NCBI GenBank assembly: GCA_007125875.1
Contig: SLCI01000114.1
Location: 1-37,319, forward strand
Direction of reading: 5' to 3'
From: Kiritimatiellia bacterium
GTDB lineage: Bacteria; Verrucomicrobiota; Kiritimatiellia; SLAD01
DNA: 37,319 nucleotides
The notes beneath the pieces are model-generated. The model searched no databases and was not told where the DNA came from. It worked only from the letters and a program-made list of their open reading frames with translations. Below, piece after piece: positions 16,560 to 24,989 of this stretch (the first letter of the stretch is position 1; every line of letters begins with the position of its first letter). Both the position numbers and the translations under genes were made by a program.

Positions 16560-18593
16560 TTACTCGTCTTCTTCTTCATGCTGCTTGGCTTCAGCCATCA
16601 CCTTTTGCGCGATGTTCGCGGGTACAACCTCATAGCGGGCATAGGCCATCTCAAAACTACCGCGACCACCCGTCATACTGCGCAATTCAGAGGAGTAACG
16701 GAAGATCTCTGCTTGCGGCACCTCAGCGGTGACCACTTGCATACCGTCGCCACTCTCCACGCCCATGATGCGTCCACGCTTGTGATTCAAGTCGCCGGTA
16801 ATATCGCCCATGAACTGATCTGGAATCGTCACGGTCAGCTTCATAATGGGCTCGAGCAGCACGGGCTTGGCTTTACTCATACCGTCACGCAGTGCGCGCG
16901 CACCGGCAATCTTGAATGCCACTTCAGAGGAGTCCACATCATGATACGACCCATCGTAAACCGTAATCTTGACGTTCATTACAGGGTATCCTGCTACGGC
17001 ACCTCGTAAGAGCCCCTCCTGCAATCCTTTCTGTACCGCCGGCATAAAATTGCCGGGAATCACACCGCCGACAATCGCGTTTACAAACCACTCTTCATCG
17101 GACGGATCACGCGGGGCGACCCGCAGATACACTTCGCCATATTGGCCGCGACCACCGGATTGCTTCTTATGCTTGTGATGCCCTTCGCCTTGCGCGGTGA
17201 TGGTCTCACGATAAGCCACGCGCGGTGTGTGCAGCTCAACCTCGACATGATTACGTTCTTTCATACGCTCGACGGCCGCCTCCAATTGCTGGTCGCCTAA
17301 GCCAGAAAGGATCATCTCATGGGTTTCACTGTTGCGTTCCGTATGAATGGTCGGATCTTCGTCCGCCACACGATGCAAAGCGGTCGCCAACTTATCTTCG
17401 TCACCCTGTTTCTTGGCCGTGACAGAGTAGAAGGTGGTGGCGGAAGGGAATTCAATCGTATTGAAGTGAATCTCACTACCCACCGCGCAGAGTGAATCGT
17501 TCAACTCCGTCGCCTTCAATTTTGGAATCGCCACGATATCACCGGCATGTGCAACGTCGATCTCCTCCTGTTTCTTGCCGTTGATGATCATCAAGTGACC
17601 AACTTTTTCCTTCTGACCTTTCGTCGCATTATAAATTTCCTGACCTTTTTTAAGGCTCCCGCCATAAACACGTACGAAGGATACCTGCCCCGTGAACGGA
17701 TCATTCAGGGAACGCCAGACAAATCCTGAAAACGGCGCATCTGGATTCACATCAACGACCGAACCGTCCTTGTCCTTGACGGGGCGTTCCGGCGGTGAGG
17801 GCAGTAATAACGAGATGCCTTCCAGTAATTCCTCCAAGCCCAAATTAGTTTTAGACGAAACAGCAAAAACGGGGATCAAGTTGCCATCGTGCACGGCGCC
17901 ATGTAGGCCGGCAGCAATTTCTTCCGCTGATAAATCCTCGCCACCAAGATATTTTTCAATTAGGGCGTCGTCAGTTTCCGCGGCGTACTCAACCAGTGCC
18001 CCTTTCATTTCCTTGGCGCGATCAGCGATGTCCGCCGGGATTTCTTTAGCGGCCATGACGTCGATCACACTCTTGTGATCCAGCGTGGGAATAACGACCG
18101 GCACACATTGTGCGCCCCACAAGCCTTGGATGGCTTCCAAGGCCCCATAGAAATCGGCATTCTCTTTATCGATGCCGGTCACCACGATCGCACGCGGCAA
18201 TCCAGCCAGCTCGCAGTTTTTCCATGCACGGTGTGTACCAACCTGCACGCCAGAAACGGCATCAACGACAATCACTCCACCATCGGACACGGCCGTGGCT
18301 GATAAGACTTGGCCATAGAAATCAGCATATCCAGGGGTGTCCAGAGCAACCAACTCCATGTCGCGACCGCCCTTGGTCTTATAGACCAAATCGAAAGATG
18401 TCGCCCACATCGAGATCTGACGTGATTTTTCCTCGTCGGTCCAATCGGAAGCGCTGGTGCCGTTATCGGGAGAGCCTTGACGATCTGTAACCCCCAGCTT
18501 GAAGAGAATGGCATCGAGCAAAGCCGTCTTGCCCGAACCGGTATGCCCCAATAAAGCGAAATTGCGGACGTTGGTGATCTCGATATTCTTCAT
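16560..18593 (-). CDS. fusA2: Elongation factor G paralogue (EF-G2 / EF-G II type)
   Basis: Five-domain EF-G architecture (GHTGSGKT, KKQSGGRGQYG, DGSYHDVDSSEVAF, LLEPIM, LRSMTGGRG), outside the str operon, degenerate G2/G3/G4 motifs. Confidence 0.9.
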   Translation of the reverse strand: MKNIEITNVRNFALLGHTGSGKTALLDAILFKLGVTDRQGSPDNGTSASDWTDEEKSRQISMWATSFDLVYKTKGGRDMELVALDTPGYADFYGQVLSATAVSDGGVIVVDAVSGVQVGTHRAWKNCELAGLPRAIVVTGIDKENADFYGALEAIQGLWGAQCVPVVIPTLDHKSVIDVMAAKEIPADIADRAKEMKGALVEYAAETDDALIEKYLGGEDLSAEEIAAGLHGAVHDGNLIPVFAVSSKTNLGLEELLEGISLLLPSPPERPVKDKDGSVVDVNPDAPFSGFVWRSLNDPFTGQVSFVRVYGGSLKKGQEIYNATKGQKEKVGHLMIINGKKQEEIDVAHAGDIVAIPKLKATELNDSLCAVGSEIHFNTIEFPSATTFYSVTAKKQGDEDKLATALHRVADEDPTIHTERNSETHEMILSGLGDQQLEAAVERMKERNHVEVELHTPRVAYRETITAQGEGHHKHKKQSGGRGQYGEVYLRVAPRDPSDEEWFVNAIVGGVIPGNFMPAVQKGLQEGLLRGAVAGYPVMNVKITVYDGSYHDVDSSEVAFKIAGARALRDGMSKAKPVLLEPIMKLTVTIPDQFMGDITGDLNHKRGRIMGVESGDGMQVVTAEVPQAEIFRYSSELRSMTGGRGSFEMAYARYEVVPANIAQKVMAEAKQHEEEDE

Positions 18594-18695
18594 CAGCTGT
18601 GCCTCTCCCTCGTCATTATGGTACGTCTAATTACGCTTCAGCGGCGTACCGGTGAGAGTCCACAAGGAACGCCGACAAAAGCACGTGAAATGGTT

Positions 18696-18720
18696 GCTGT
18701 GACGATGATCACGTCACAGC
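18696..18720. promoter_or_regulatory. Inverted repeat / CRP-FNR-like operator upstream of the EF-G paralogue
   Basis: GCTGTGACG-ATGATCA-CGTCACAGC (perfect 9-bp arms), containing TGTGA-N6-TCACG. Confidence 0.4.
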
Positions 18721-19006
18721 GTCCGAGTGCCTCATTGATACGACACTTAAGGGCGTTTGACAACGAGAAAGCCGTTTATGAGCCTTCGGTCAACTATGAA
18801 GAAATGCATCAGGGAAAGCCCCATCGAGGTTCCTCGAGTGGACGGTTAGAGGGACCGGGGTCGGACCACAGGTTTCTCCAGAACATCAACGGTTTGCGAC
18901 TGCGAAACGGCATGATTATGGGCTTAGAGGCGCCTTTTGAGGGTGGTTTAAGGCTCTAAGGGCTGAGAATGTGACGAGCCGGACGGATGGGAATGGGCAC
19001 CAATGC

Positions 19007-19149
19007 TTTTCCAACGATTGGAAAACGGCCCGAAAATTTTTCCAACGATTGGAAAAAGTGCGGGAAAAAGTTCCAACGATTGGAAAACTCACCTAAAAAG
19101 TTTCCAATGATTGGAAAATGGCGAAAAGTTTCTCCCAATGATTGGAGAC
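19007..19149. repeat. Array of five palindromes TTCCAA(C/T)GATTGGAA at an exact 31-bp period
   Basis: CCAA cores start at 19011, 19042, 19073, 19104, 19135. Short variable linkers carry A-tracts. Confidence 0.9.
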
Positions 19150-19317
19150 GTATCTTTTGCGCTGCGGGCGGGGCATGTTTCGGCTGGCGGTTGTCTTCGC
19201 GGACAGTTAGCTGTTGGTTGGGATTGAGATGTCTCGACAGGCTCGACATGACTGCGTTTTTTGATGTCGCTCCATTGGCGCGGCTTGCTGAGCTTGCTCT
19301 CTGTTGCGTGATGGGAT

Positions 19318-19498
19318 CGGTAGGGCGAGGCTGCCTGCCCGTCCTCCGGCGGGTCTCGCCGAGCCGCTGGAGCAGGCGCAAGCACAGGGTCAGCACGGGT
19401 GCAGATCATGCTCACGGCTCATCCAGAGGATTCGCCCTACCAAATTTGGACGTGACCCACATTTTTTGCCGCACTGCGGATGGTTTTGAGACAGCCTC
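19318..19498. mobile_element. Inverted partial copy of the MITE/REP-doublet element
   Basis: Reverse-complement blocks match 14892-14908 (17/17), 14948-14986 (39/39) and 15018-15072 (54/55). Ends in TIR GGTTTTGAGACAGCCTC. Confidence 0.8.
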
Positions 19499-19641
19499 TC
19501 CCATCGAGCCGTTGGAAAGAGTGCGGGATGATGACCGAACCTGGCGCCGCGAAGCACCTGCTCGGCGGAAGCGGGTCGAGTAAGTGTGGAGATGAAGTGT
19601 TCCCGTGAAGCGGGCGGGTGGCCCCTGCCCCGCCAGCGTCT

Positions 19642-20733
19642 TTACAGCCACTGTTTCTTGTCGGCTTGCTTCAGCTTTTCGACCAGTTTCTTGACGTCTT
19701 GGGCCCGGTCTCGAGGACAGATCAAGGTGGCGTCATCCGCCTGGACGACAATCAAATCAGACACACCGATTAAGGCGGTTAGCCGCCCTTTCGAATAGAC
19801 GATATTCTGATTGGCATCGACTGTCTCACTATCCCCAATCGACACATTCCCCTCGGCATCGGCATCAAAGTGATTATCGAGCGCCGGCCAAGCGCCAACG
19901 TCATCCCAGGCAAACGTGCCGCGCACCATTAGGATATTGTCGGCCTTCTCCATCAGTGCGTAATCAATCGAGATCTTCTCAAGATCAGCATACGCATCGC
20001 GCAACGCATCCGAAAAAGCTTCCGTGTGTGCGACGGGCGTAAGGTCGTCAATTAGGCTTTTTAGTGGGAGCCGATGACGCTCCAAGGCGTTTTCGATGGC
20101 GCGGACCGACCAAATGAACATGCCGGAATTCCAGCAGAAACGGCCTGACTCCAAATACGTTTGTGCCGTTTCGGCATCGGGCTTCTCAACGAAGCGGATC
20201 GCCTTCAGGAACGTGACCGCTTCGATTTCGGCATCCACATCCGCCGCTTCAATGTAGCCGTAGCCTGTGCTGGGTTCGGTGGGCTGGATGCCGATCGTAA
20301 TCAGGACGTCGCGCTGCTGCGCAAGCAAAAGACTTTGCTTCAGCGTGTTGCGATAGATATCCAAATCACCGATGACATGATCAGCGGTCAGAATACAAAA
20401 GGATGCATCAGGATCTTTAGCTTTGACTAACGCTGCCCCTAACGCGGCGGCTGCTGCGGTATCGCGTCCAACCGGCTCACCAATAATGTTTTCCAGCGGT
20501 AGTTGAGGAGCAGCGGCTTGCGATGCCTCCACCAAGTCCTGATTGGTAATGACATACACGCGCTCTGGCGGGATGAGGCCTTCGAGCCGATCCACGGCCT
20601 GCGCCAGGAGCGTCGCATCGCCTACCAGTGAAAGCAATTGTTTGGGACGCTGGGTACGACTGAGCGGCCAAAACCGTTCACCACGTCCACCAGCCAAAAT
20701 TACTGCATACATTCGATCCATCATATTCCTCAC
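19642..20733 (-). CDS. manC: Mannose-1-phosphate guanylyltransferase
   Basis: VILAGGRGERFWPLSR..RPKQLL, EPVGRDTA, FVEKPD, WNSGMF, ISIDYALMEKA, WDDVGAW. No PMI domain. Start may be ATG 20724. Confidence 0.93.
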   Translation of the reverse strand: MRNMMDRMYAVILAGGRGERFWPLSRTQRPKQLLSLVGDATLLAQAVDRLEGLIPPERVYVITNQDLVEASQAAAPQLPLENIIGEPVGRDTAAAAALGAALVKAKDPDASFCILTADHVIGDLDIYRNTLKQSLLLAQQRDVLITIGIQPTEPSTGYGYIEAADVDAEIEAVTFLKAIRFVEKPDAETAQTYLESGRFCWNSGMFIWSVRAIENALERHRLPLKSLIDDLTPVAHTEAFSDALRDAYADLEKISIDYALMEKADNILMVRGTFAWDDVGAWPALDNHFDADAEGNVSIGDSETVDANQNIVYSKGRLTALIGVSDLIVVQADDATLICPRDRAQDVKKLVEKLKQADKKQWL

Positions 20734-21530
20734 TTTTTGACGGCACTAACCATTTCCGCCAGCCATTCCCCGACTTGCTTCAATGCGCTGGGCGAACGGC
20801 CCGCTTCATGCAGCCGCTGAACGATCGCACTGCCGACTACAATCGCATCCGCCCCGCGCGACGCGGTCTTGGCCTGTTTGGGATTCGAGATACCAAAGCC
20901 CAGCGCCAGCGGCACATCGGTCACAGAGCGAGCCCGCTTGAGCAAATCGGTCGCCTCCGAAGCCAGTTTGGTTTGCATTCCCGTGACGCCAGTCCGCGAG
21001 ACGGCGTAAACGAAGCCGCTGGCATGCCGAACAATGGACTGGATCCGTTGCGTCGACGTAGTCGGCGTGATCAGGGGAATATAGTTCAGCCCTGCCGAGT
21101 GCAATTGGTCTGCATAACTGCCGGTTTCTTCTGCGGGCAGATCCAAGATCAACATGCCGTCAATGCCGACCTTGCCCGCTCGACGAATCGCGCGCTCAAA
21201 GCCGGGCGCATACAGCAAATTCATGTAGCAGTAGCACATCACCGGGATCGCACTGGTCTCGCGCAACATTTTCACCATGTCAAAAATGCCGTTCAACGTG
21301 GTACCCGACTCCAAAGCACGCATCGCCGATTCTTGATTTACGCGCCCATCGGCTAAGGGATCAGAGAACGGGATGCCCAACTCCACAATGTCCACACCAG
21401 CGTTTTCCAGCAGCTTAATGTGCTTGAGCGTTTGTTCCAAATCCGGGTCACCGGCGGTGATATAGGCAATGAATCCCTTTTGTTTCTGCCTTTTTAAGTC
21501 TGTAAAGCATTGGTCAATTCGTGTCTGCAT
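20730..21530 (-). CDS. trpA: Tryptophan synthase alpha chain
   Basis: AYITAGDP, ELGIPFSDPLADG, VSRTGVTG, GFGIS, IVVGSAIV. Confidence 0.97.
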   Translation of the reverse strand: MQTRIDQCFTDLKRQKQKGFIAYITAGDPDLEQTLKHIKLLENAGVDIVELGIPFSDPLADGRVNQESAMRALESGTTLNGIFDMVKMLRETSAIPVMCYCYMNLLYAPGFERAIRRAGKVGIDGMLILDLPAEETGSYADQLHSAGLNYIPLITPTTSTQRIQSIVRHASGFVYAVSRTGVTGMQTKLASEATDLLKRARSVTDVPLALGFGISNPKQAKTASRGADAIVVGSAIVQRLHEAGRSPSALKQVGEWLAEMVSAVKK

Positions 21531-21534
21531 TGAT

Positions 21535-22329
21535 CTATTCTTTCCGATTCAATTCATAAATGCGACCTAACCCATACAAGGTGAGATCACGATCATAGTA
21601 AAGCGGTAATTCCATCCCCTTTAGCACCCAACGCGCGTATCCCCCCGTCGCACATAGCGTGACGCGTTGATAGCGGAGCCGACGCATCAAATGGAGGCAG
21701 ATCTCTTTTACCATACCACGGTAACCGTGCAATGCCCCTAATCGCATCGCCTGCTCGGTCGTTTTGCCCACGGCTTGGCGAATTGGCATCAATTCGACCG
21801 GGGGAAGCAATGAAGTCTTTTCGGCCAGATAGGACAGCATCAAATCGGGTCCCGGCGCAATGACACCACCGGTGTAGCCCTTACGCGGTTGAATAATGTC
21901 AAAGGTCGTGGCCGTACCGATATCAATCACAATGATCGGAATCTCATAGCGCGCGACGGCACCGGCCACATTGGCTAACCGATCTTGCCCAATACGCTCA
22001 GGTTGCGGGTATGTGATCGCTGCGCCTAACTGCAACTGGTGATTCACGAGCAACGGCTCTACGCCCGATAAACGATGTGTCAACTTCAGGAACTTATCGT
22101 TGACTTTCGGGACCACGGAAGCGACTACCACGCCGCGCGGGTTTTGCTGTGCGCGCCAACTCTTCAGTAAATCACGCAATGCCGCGCCATTCAGTTCGGC
22201 CGTCGGGATTCGTTCACGCTTCACAATCCGACCCGATGTATACCAGCCCAATGAAGTGCTGGAATTACCCACATCAATGACCCAAACGGGGAGCTGCGCC
22301 ATCCGAGCAGTGACAGGTCGCTTCCTCAT
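21535..22329 (-). CDS. coaX: Type III pantothenate kinase
   Basis: IDVGNS, ASVVP, IGQDR, IDIGTATTFD, GGVIAPG, ATGG. Confidence 0.95.
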   Translation of the reverse strand: MRKRPVTARMAQLPVWVIDVGNSSTSLGWYTSGRIVKRERIPTAELNGAALRDLLKSWRAQQNPRGVVVASVVPKVNDKFLKLTHRLSGVEPLLVNHQLQLGAAITYPQPERIGQDRLANVAGAVARYEIPIIVIDIGTATTFDIIQPRKGYTGGVIAPGPDLMLSYLAEKTSLLPPVELMPIRQAVGKTTEQAMRLGALHGYRGMVKEICLHLMRRLRYQRVTLCATGGYARWVLKGMELPLYYDRDLTLYGLGRIYELNRKE

Positions 22330-23198
22330 TGAACGGTTTCATCCCAATCCATCGCACAATCGAAGGCATCGATGGAGTGCGTCAATGCACCGATCGACAA
22401 CGCCGTAGGGCCCGCCTCCGCATAGGCGCGGACGGTATCCAAGGTGATGCCACCGGACACCTCAGTCTTAATCTGATCCCCACATCGTTGCACGCAGTCT
22501 CTGACTTGGTCAGGCGTCATGTTGTCCAGCAGGACCCAGTCGGGCCGTGCTGACAACACATCGTCGAGTTGTTCCGGATGATCAATTTCGATTTGGATCG
22601 GAATTTCGGGGAAGCGCGCGCGAGCCGCTTGGATAGCTCCTGCGATCGAGCGTCCTTCACCCGACATCCAGTACGCTAAGTGATTGTCTTTGATCATCAC
22701 GCGATCATAAAGCCCCATGCGATGATTCTGTCCCCCTCCACAGCGCACGGCATATTTATCGAGCAGCCGCCAACCGGGCGCCGTTTTGCGCGTATCGAGA
22801 ATCATGACGGGCAAGTCGTTGATCCGCTCGCGATAAGTGGCTGTGCGTGTCGCAATCCCGCTTAACCGCTGCACAAAATTCAGCGCCACGCGCTCGGCCG
22901 AAAGGAGTGCACGCGCCTTTCCGCGAACCTGCAGAATCTGTTCACCCGACGTAATGTGGGCGCCATCACCAGCACAAATCTTTACCGTAGCGAGCGGATC
23001 GAGCTGACGAAAGACAGCTGAGGCAATATGCACACCGCACAAAACGCCCTCCTCGCGGGCGATCAGAGAGGCCGCCGCTTTTGCGCTTTCGGGAACCAGC
23101 GACAGCGTAGTGACGTCGCCTGTCCCTAAATCCTCCGTCAACGCCATCTGAATCAAGCGCTCAGCCGCGCTAACACTTTGCTCGATACGTTCCATCAT
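22326..23198 (-). CDS. nadC: Nicotinate-nucleotide pyrophosphorylase (quinolinate phosphoribosyltransferase)
   Basis: ALTEDLGTGDVTT, DTRKT, NHRMGLYD, IKDNH, LLDNM, EVSGGI, IGALTHS. Start taken at the ATGA overlap with the upstream stop. Confidence 0.96.
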   Translation of the reverse strand: MMERIEQSVSAAERLIQMALTEDLGTGDVTTLSLVPESAKAAASLIAREEGVLCGVHIASAVFRQLDPLATVKICAGDGAHITSGEQILQVRGKARALLSAERVALNFVQRLSGIATRTATYRERINDLPVMILDTRKTAPGWRLLDKYAVRCGGGQNHRMGLYDRVMIKDNHLAYWMSGEGRSIAGAIQAARARFPEIPIQIEIDHPEQLDDVLSARPDWVLLDNMTPDQVRDCVQRCGDQIKTEVSGGITLDTVRAYAEAGPTALSIGALTHSIDAFDCAMDWDETVQ

Positions 23199-23536
23199 TC
23201 CGCCCTGGAGGGTGAAAGGTGATGCGCACTGACAGCAACCAACCCGCTGCTGCGATCGCGCCACCGTTGCATCAACCAAACGCCATCACCATCGAATTGC
23301 GTGGCAGGAACTTCTTCAAAAAAAAATTCCAGGCCGCGTCGATCAATCTCTCGAGCACTGCCCTGCGGTTGTTGTGCGGAAGCAATCATGATCTGAGCTG
23401 CAGTACGGCGCGCAGCATCTCCGCGCGATTCGGATCGGAGTGCACTAAAAACGGATTGGCCAGCTGCGATCCCCAGAAAGGCCAAAATAAATAAGGCCAC
23501 CAATACCTCAATCAGGCTAAAGCCATGCTGCTTCAT
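23195..23536 (-). CDS. Prepilin-type minor pseudopilin (GspI-like)
   Basis: Class III signal peptide MKQHG/FSLIEVLVAL, 4-bp overlap with gspG. Confidence 0.8.
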   Translation of the reverse strand: MKQHGFSLIEVLVALFILAFLGIAAGQSVFSALRSESRGDAARRTAAQIMIASAQQPQGSAREIDRRGLEFFFEEVPATQFDGDGVWLMQRWRDRSSGLVAVSAHHLSPSRAE

Positions 23537-23997
23537 AACTGCGCGCTAGAAATCTCGGCTGCTGTGCCGGTTCCGCCCGGTTGGCCATCGCTACCATACG
23601 AGATGATTTCGAATGGCTCCCCCGCTCGGCCCGGAGAGAGATAAATGAAAGGATTGCCCCACGGATCGTCCGGCACGCGCGCACGCCCTAAATAGCCGCC
23701 CGCCGGGAAATCACGCGGAACAGGAGAAATTGTGGGGCGCTCAACCAGCGCCTGTAGCCCCTGCGCCTGGGTGGGATAACGCCCGTGATCGATATAGAAC
23801 GACTGCAGCGCTTGCTCCAGCACGCTAATTTGTAGTTTGGCCGTATCCACGCGCGATTCAGACTGATGGCGAATCACATTAATGGTCACGATACTGGCCA
23901 AGCCCATCACAATAACCAGTACCACCAAAACTTCGATTAGGGTGAAGCCTCGGCGCTGTAAATCATCCCCAGCATTTATATGTTTCAGATCGCTCAC
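23533..23997 (-). CDS. gspG: Type II secretion major pseudopilin GspG
   Basis: RRG/FTLIEVLVV, GRYPT..QGLQALV, DPWGNPFIY, ISYGSDGQPGGTG. GTG start at 23997 with RBS GGAGA. Confidence 0.92.
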   Translation of the reverse strand: MSDLKHINAGDDLQRRGFTLIEVLVVLVIVMGLASIVTINVIRHQSESRVDTAKLQISVLEQALQSFYIDHGRYPTQAQGLQALVERPTISPVPRDFPAGGYLGRARVPDDPWGNPFIYLSPGRAGEPFEIISYGSDGQPGGTGTAAEISSAQL

Positions 23998-24014
23998 GTC
24001 GTCTCCATGTCTGA

Positions 24015-24959
24015 TCATCCAGCGGATGAACCTGAAAGAAACCAATCGACTGTCCGCTGTAACCCTTCATCAAACGGTACGCTGGGTTTCCAGCCAAGCA
24101 ACTCACGCGCGCGCTGCGAGTCGGCTTGCGAATCACGTACGTCGCCGGCCCGCGGCGCACTGTGAACCGGTTGTACGTCCGCCCCCATCAGCTTAGCGAT
24201 CCGGCCAGCCAATTCATTAATCGAGGTGCGATAGCCCCACGCAATATTGTAGACCCCACCCGCTGCTTCGTCCGGCGCATCTAAGCAACAGAGATTGCCG
24301 GCCACGACATCCTCGACAAAGGTAAAGTCGCGCGTCTGTTCTCCGTCACCATGGATGGTGGGTGCATTACCTTCTTTGAAAGCACGAACAAACAGTGGGA
24401 TGACCGCAGCATAGTCGGACGCTGGATCTTGTCGCGGGCCAAAAACATTAAAATAGCGTAGGGCATAGGTCTTCAGCCCATACAGCTGATGAAAGATACG
24501 CAGATAATGTTCACCCGCTAGTTTCGAAAAAGCATAAGGCGAAAGCGGGCGCGGCAACATATCCTCGCGCTTTGGCAACTCTTCGGTGTCCCCGTAAACC
24601 GAGGAAGATGAGCTGAACACCAGTCGCTCTACACCGGCATCTCGGGCAGCAAGCAATAAACGCAAGGTACCCGTCACATTGACTTCATTCGTTGACCAGG
24701 GATCTTCTACACTGCGCTGGACAGACGGTAACGCACCAAAGTGCAGTATATGGCGGACGCCGGACACCGCTTTCTTGACGGCTTCATCATCGCGCAAGTC
24801 ACCTTCGACCAATTCAACATCGGCTTGAATGTCTTTGAAGTTCTCGCGACGGCCCGTCGAGAAATTATCCAGTATGCGGACGCTTTGACCGCGCGCTAAC
24901 AATGCGCGCACAGCGGTTCCGCCAATAAAGCCTGCTCCACCTGTTACCAAACAATCCAC
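24015..24959 (-). CDS. NAD-dependent nucleotide-sugar epimerase/dehydratase (extended SDR, WbpP-like)
   Basis: VTGGAGFIG, SSSSVYG, YAFSK, LRYFNVFGPRQDP, GDGEQTRDF. GTG start with RBS GAGGGAG. Confidence 0.9.
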   Translation of the reverse strand: MDCLVTGGAGFIGGTAVRALLARGQSVRILDNFSTGRRENFKDIQADVELVEGDLRDDEAVKKAVSGVRHILHFGALPSVQRSVEDPWSTNEVNVTGTLRLLLAARDAGVERLVFSSSSSVYGDTEELPKREDMLPRPLSPYAFSKLAGEHYLRIFHQLYGLKTYALRYFNVFGPRQDPASDYAAVIPLFVRAFKEGNAPTIHGDGEQTRDFTFVEDVVAGNLCCLDAPDEAAGGVYNIAWGYRTSINELAGRIAKLMGADVQPVHSAPRAGDVRDSQADSQRARELLGWKPSVPFDEGLQRTVDWFLSGSSAG

Positions 24960-24989
24960 AAAACACTCCCTCTTCACTTAAACTGTTAT

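Noticed and set aside
18618-18959. 113-aa ORF on the plus strand
   Set aside because: No RBS or domain; overlaps the EF-G2 promoter region.
19007-19149. CRISPR array
   Set aside because: Repeat is 15-19 bp, linkers are only ~12 bp and partly conserved, and there are no cas genes in the window.
19226-19242. Left TIR of the second MITE copy
   Set aside because: Only about half the positions match the TIR and there is no matching target duplication.
19610-19635. Rho-independent terminator after manC
   Set aside because: GC hairpin is imperfect and lacks a U-tract.
18956-19651. ORFs 18987..19583 (+), 18956..19396 (-), 19089..19415 (-) and neighbours
   Set aside because: They are read-through of the 31-bp array and REP/MITE DNA; the same peptide (RGCLPVLRRVSPSRWSR) recurs at 14930..15223 only because of the repeat.
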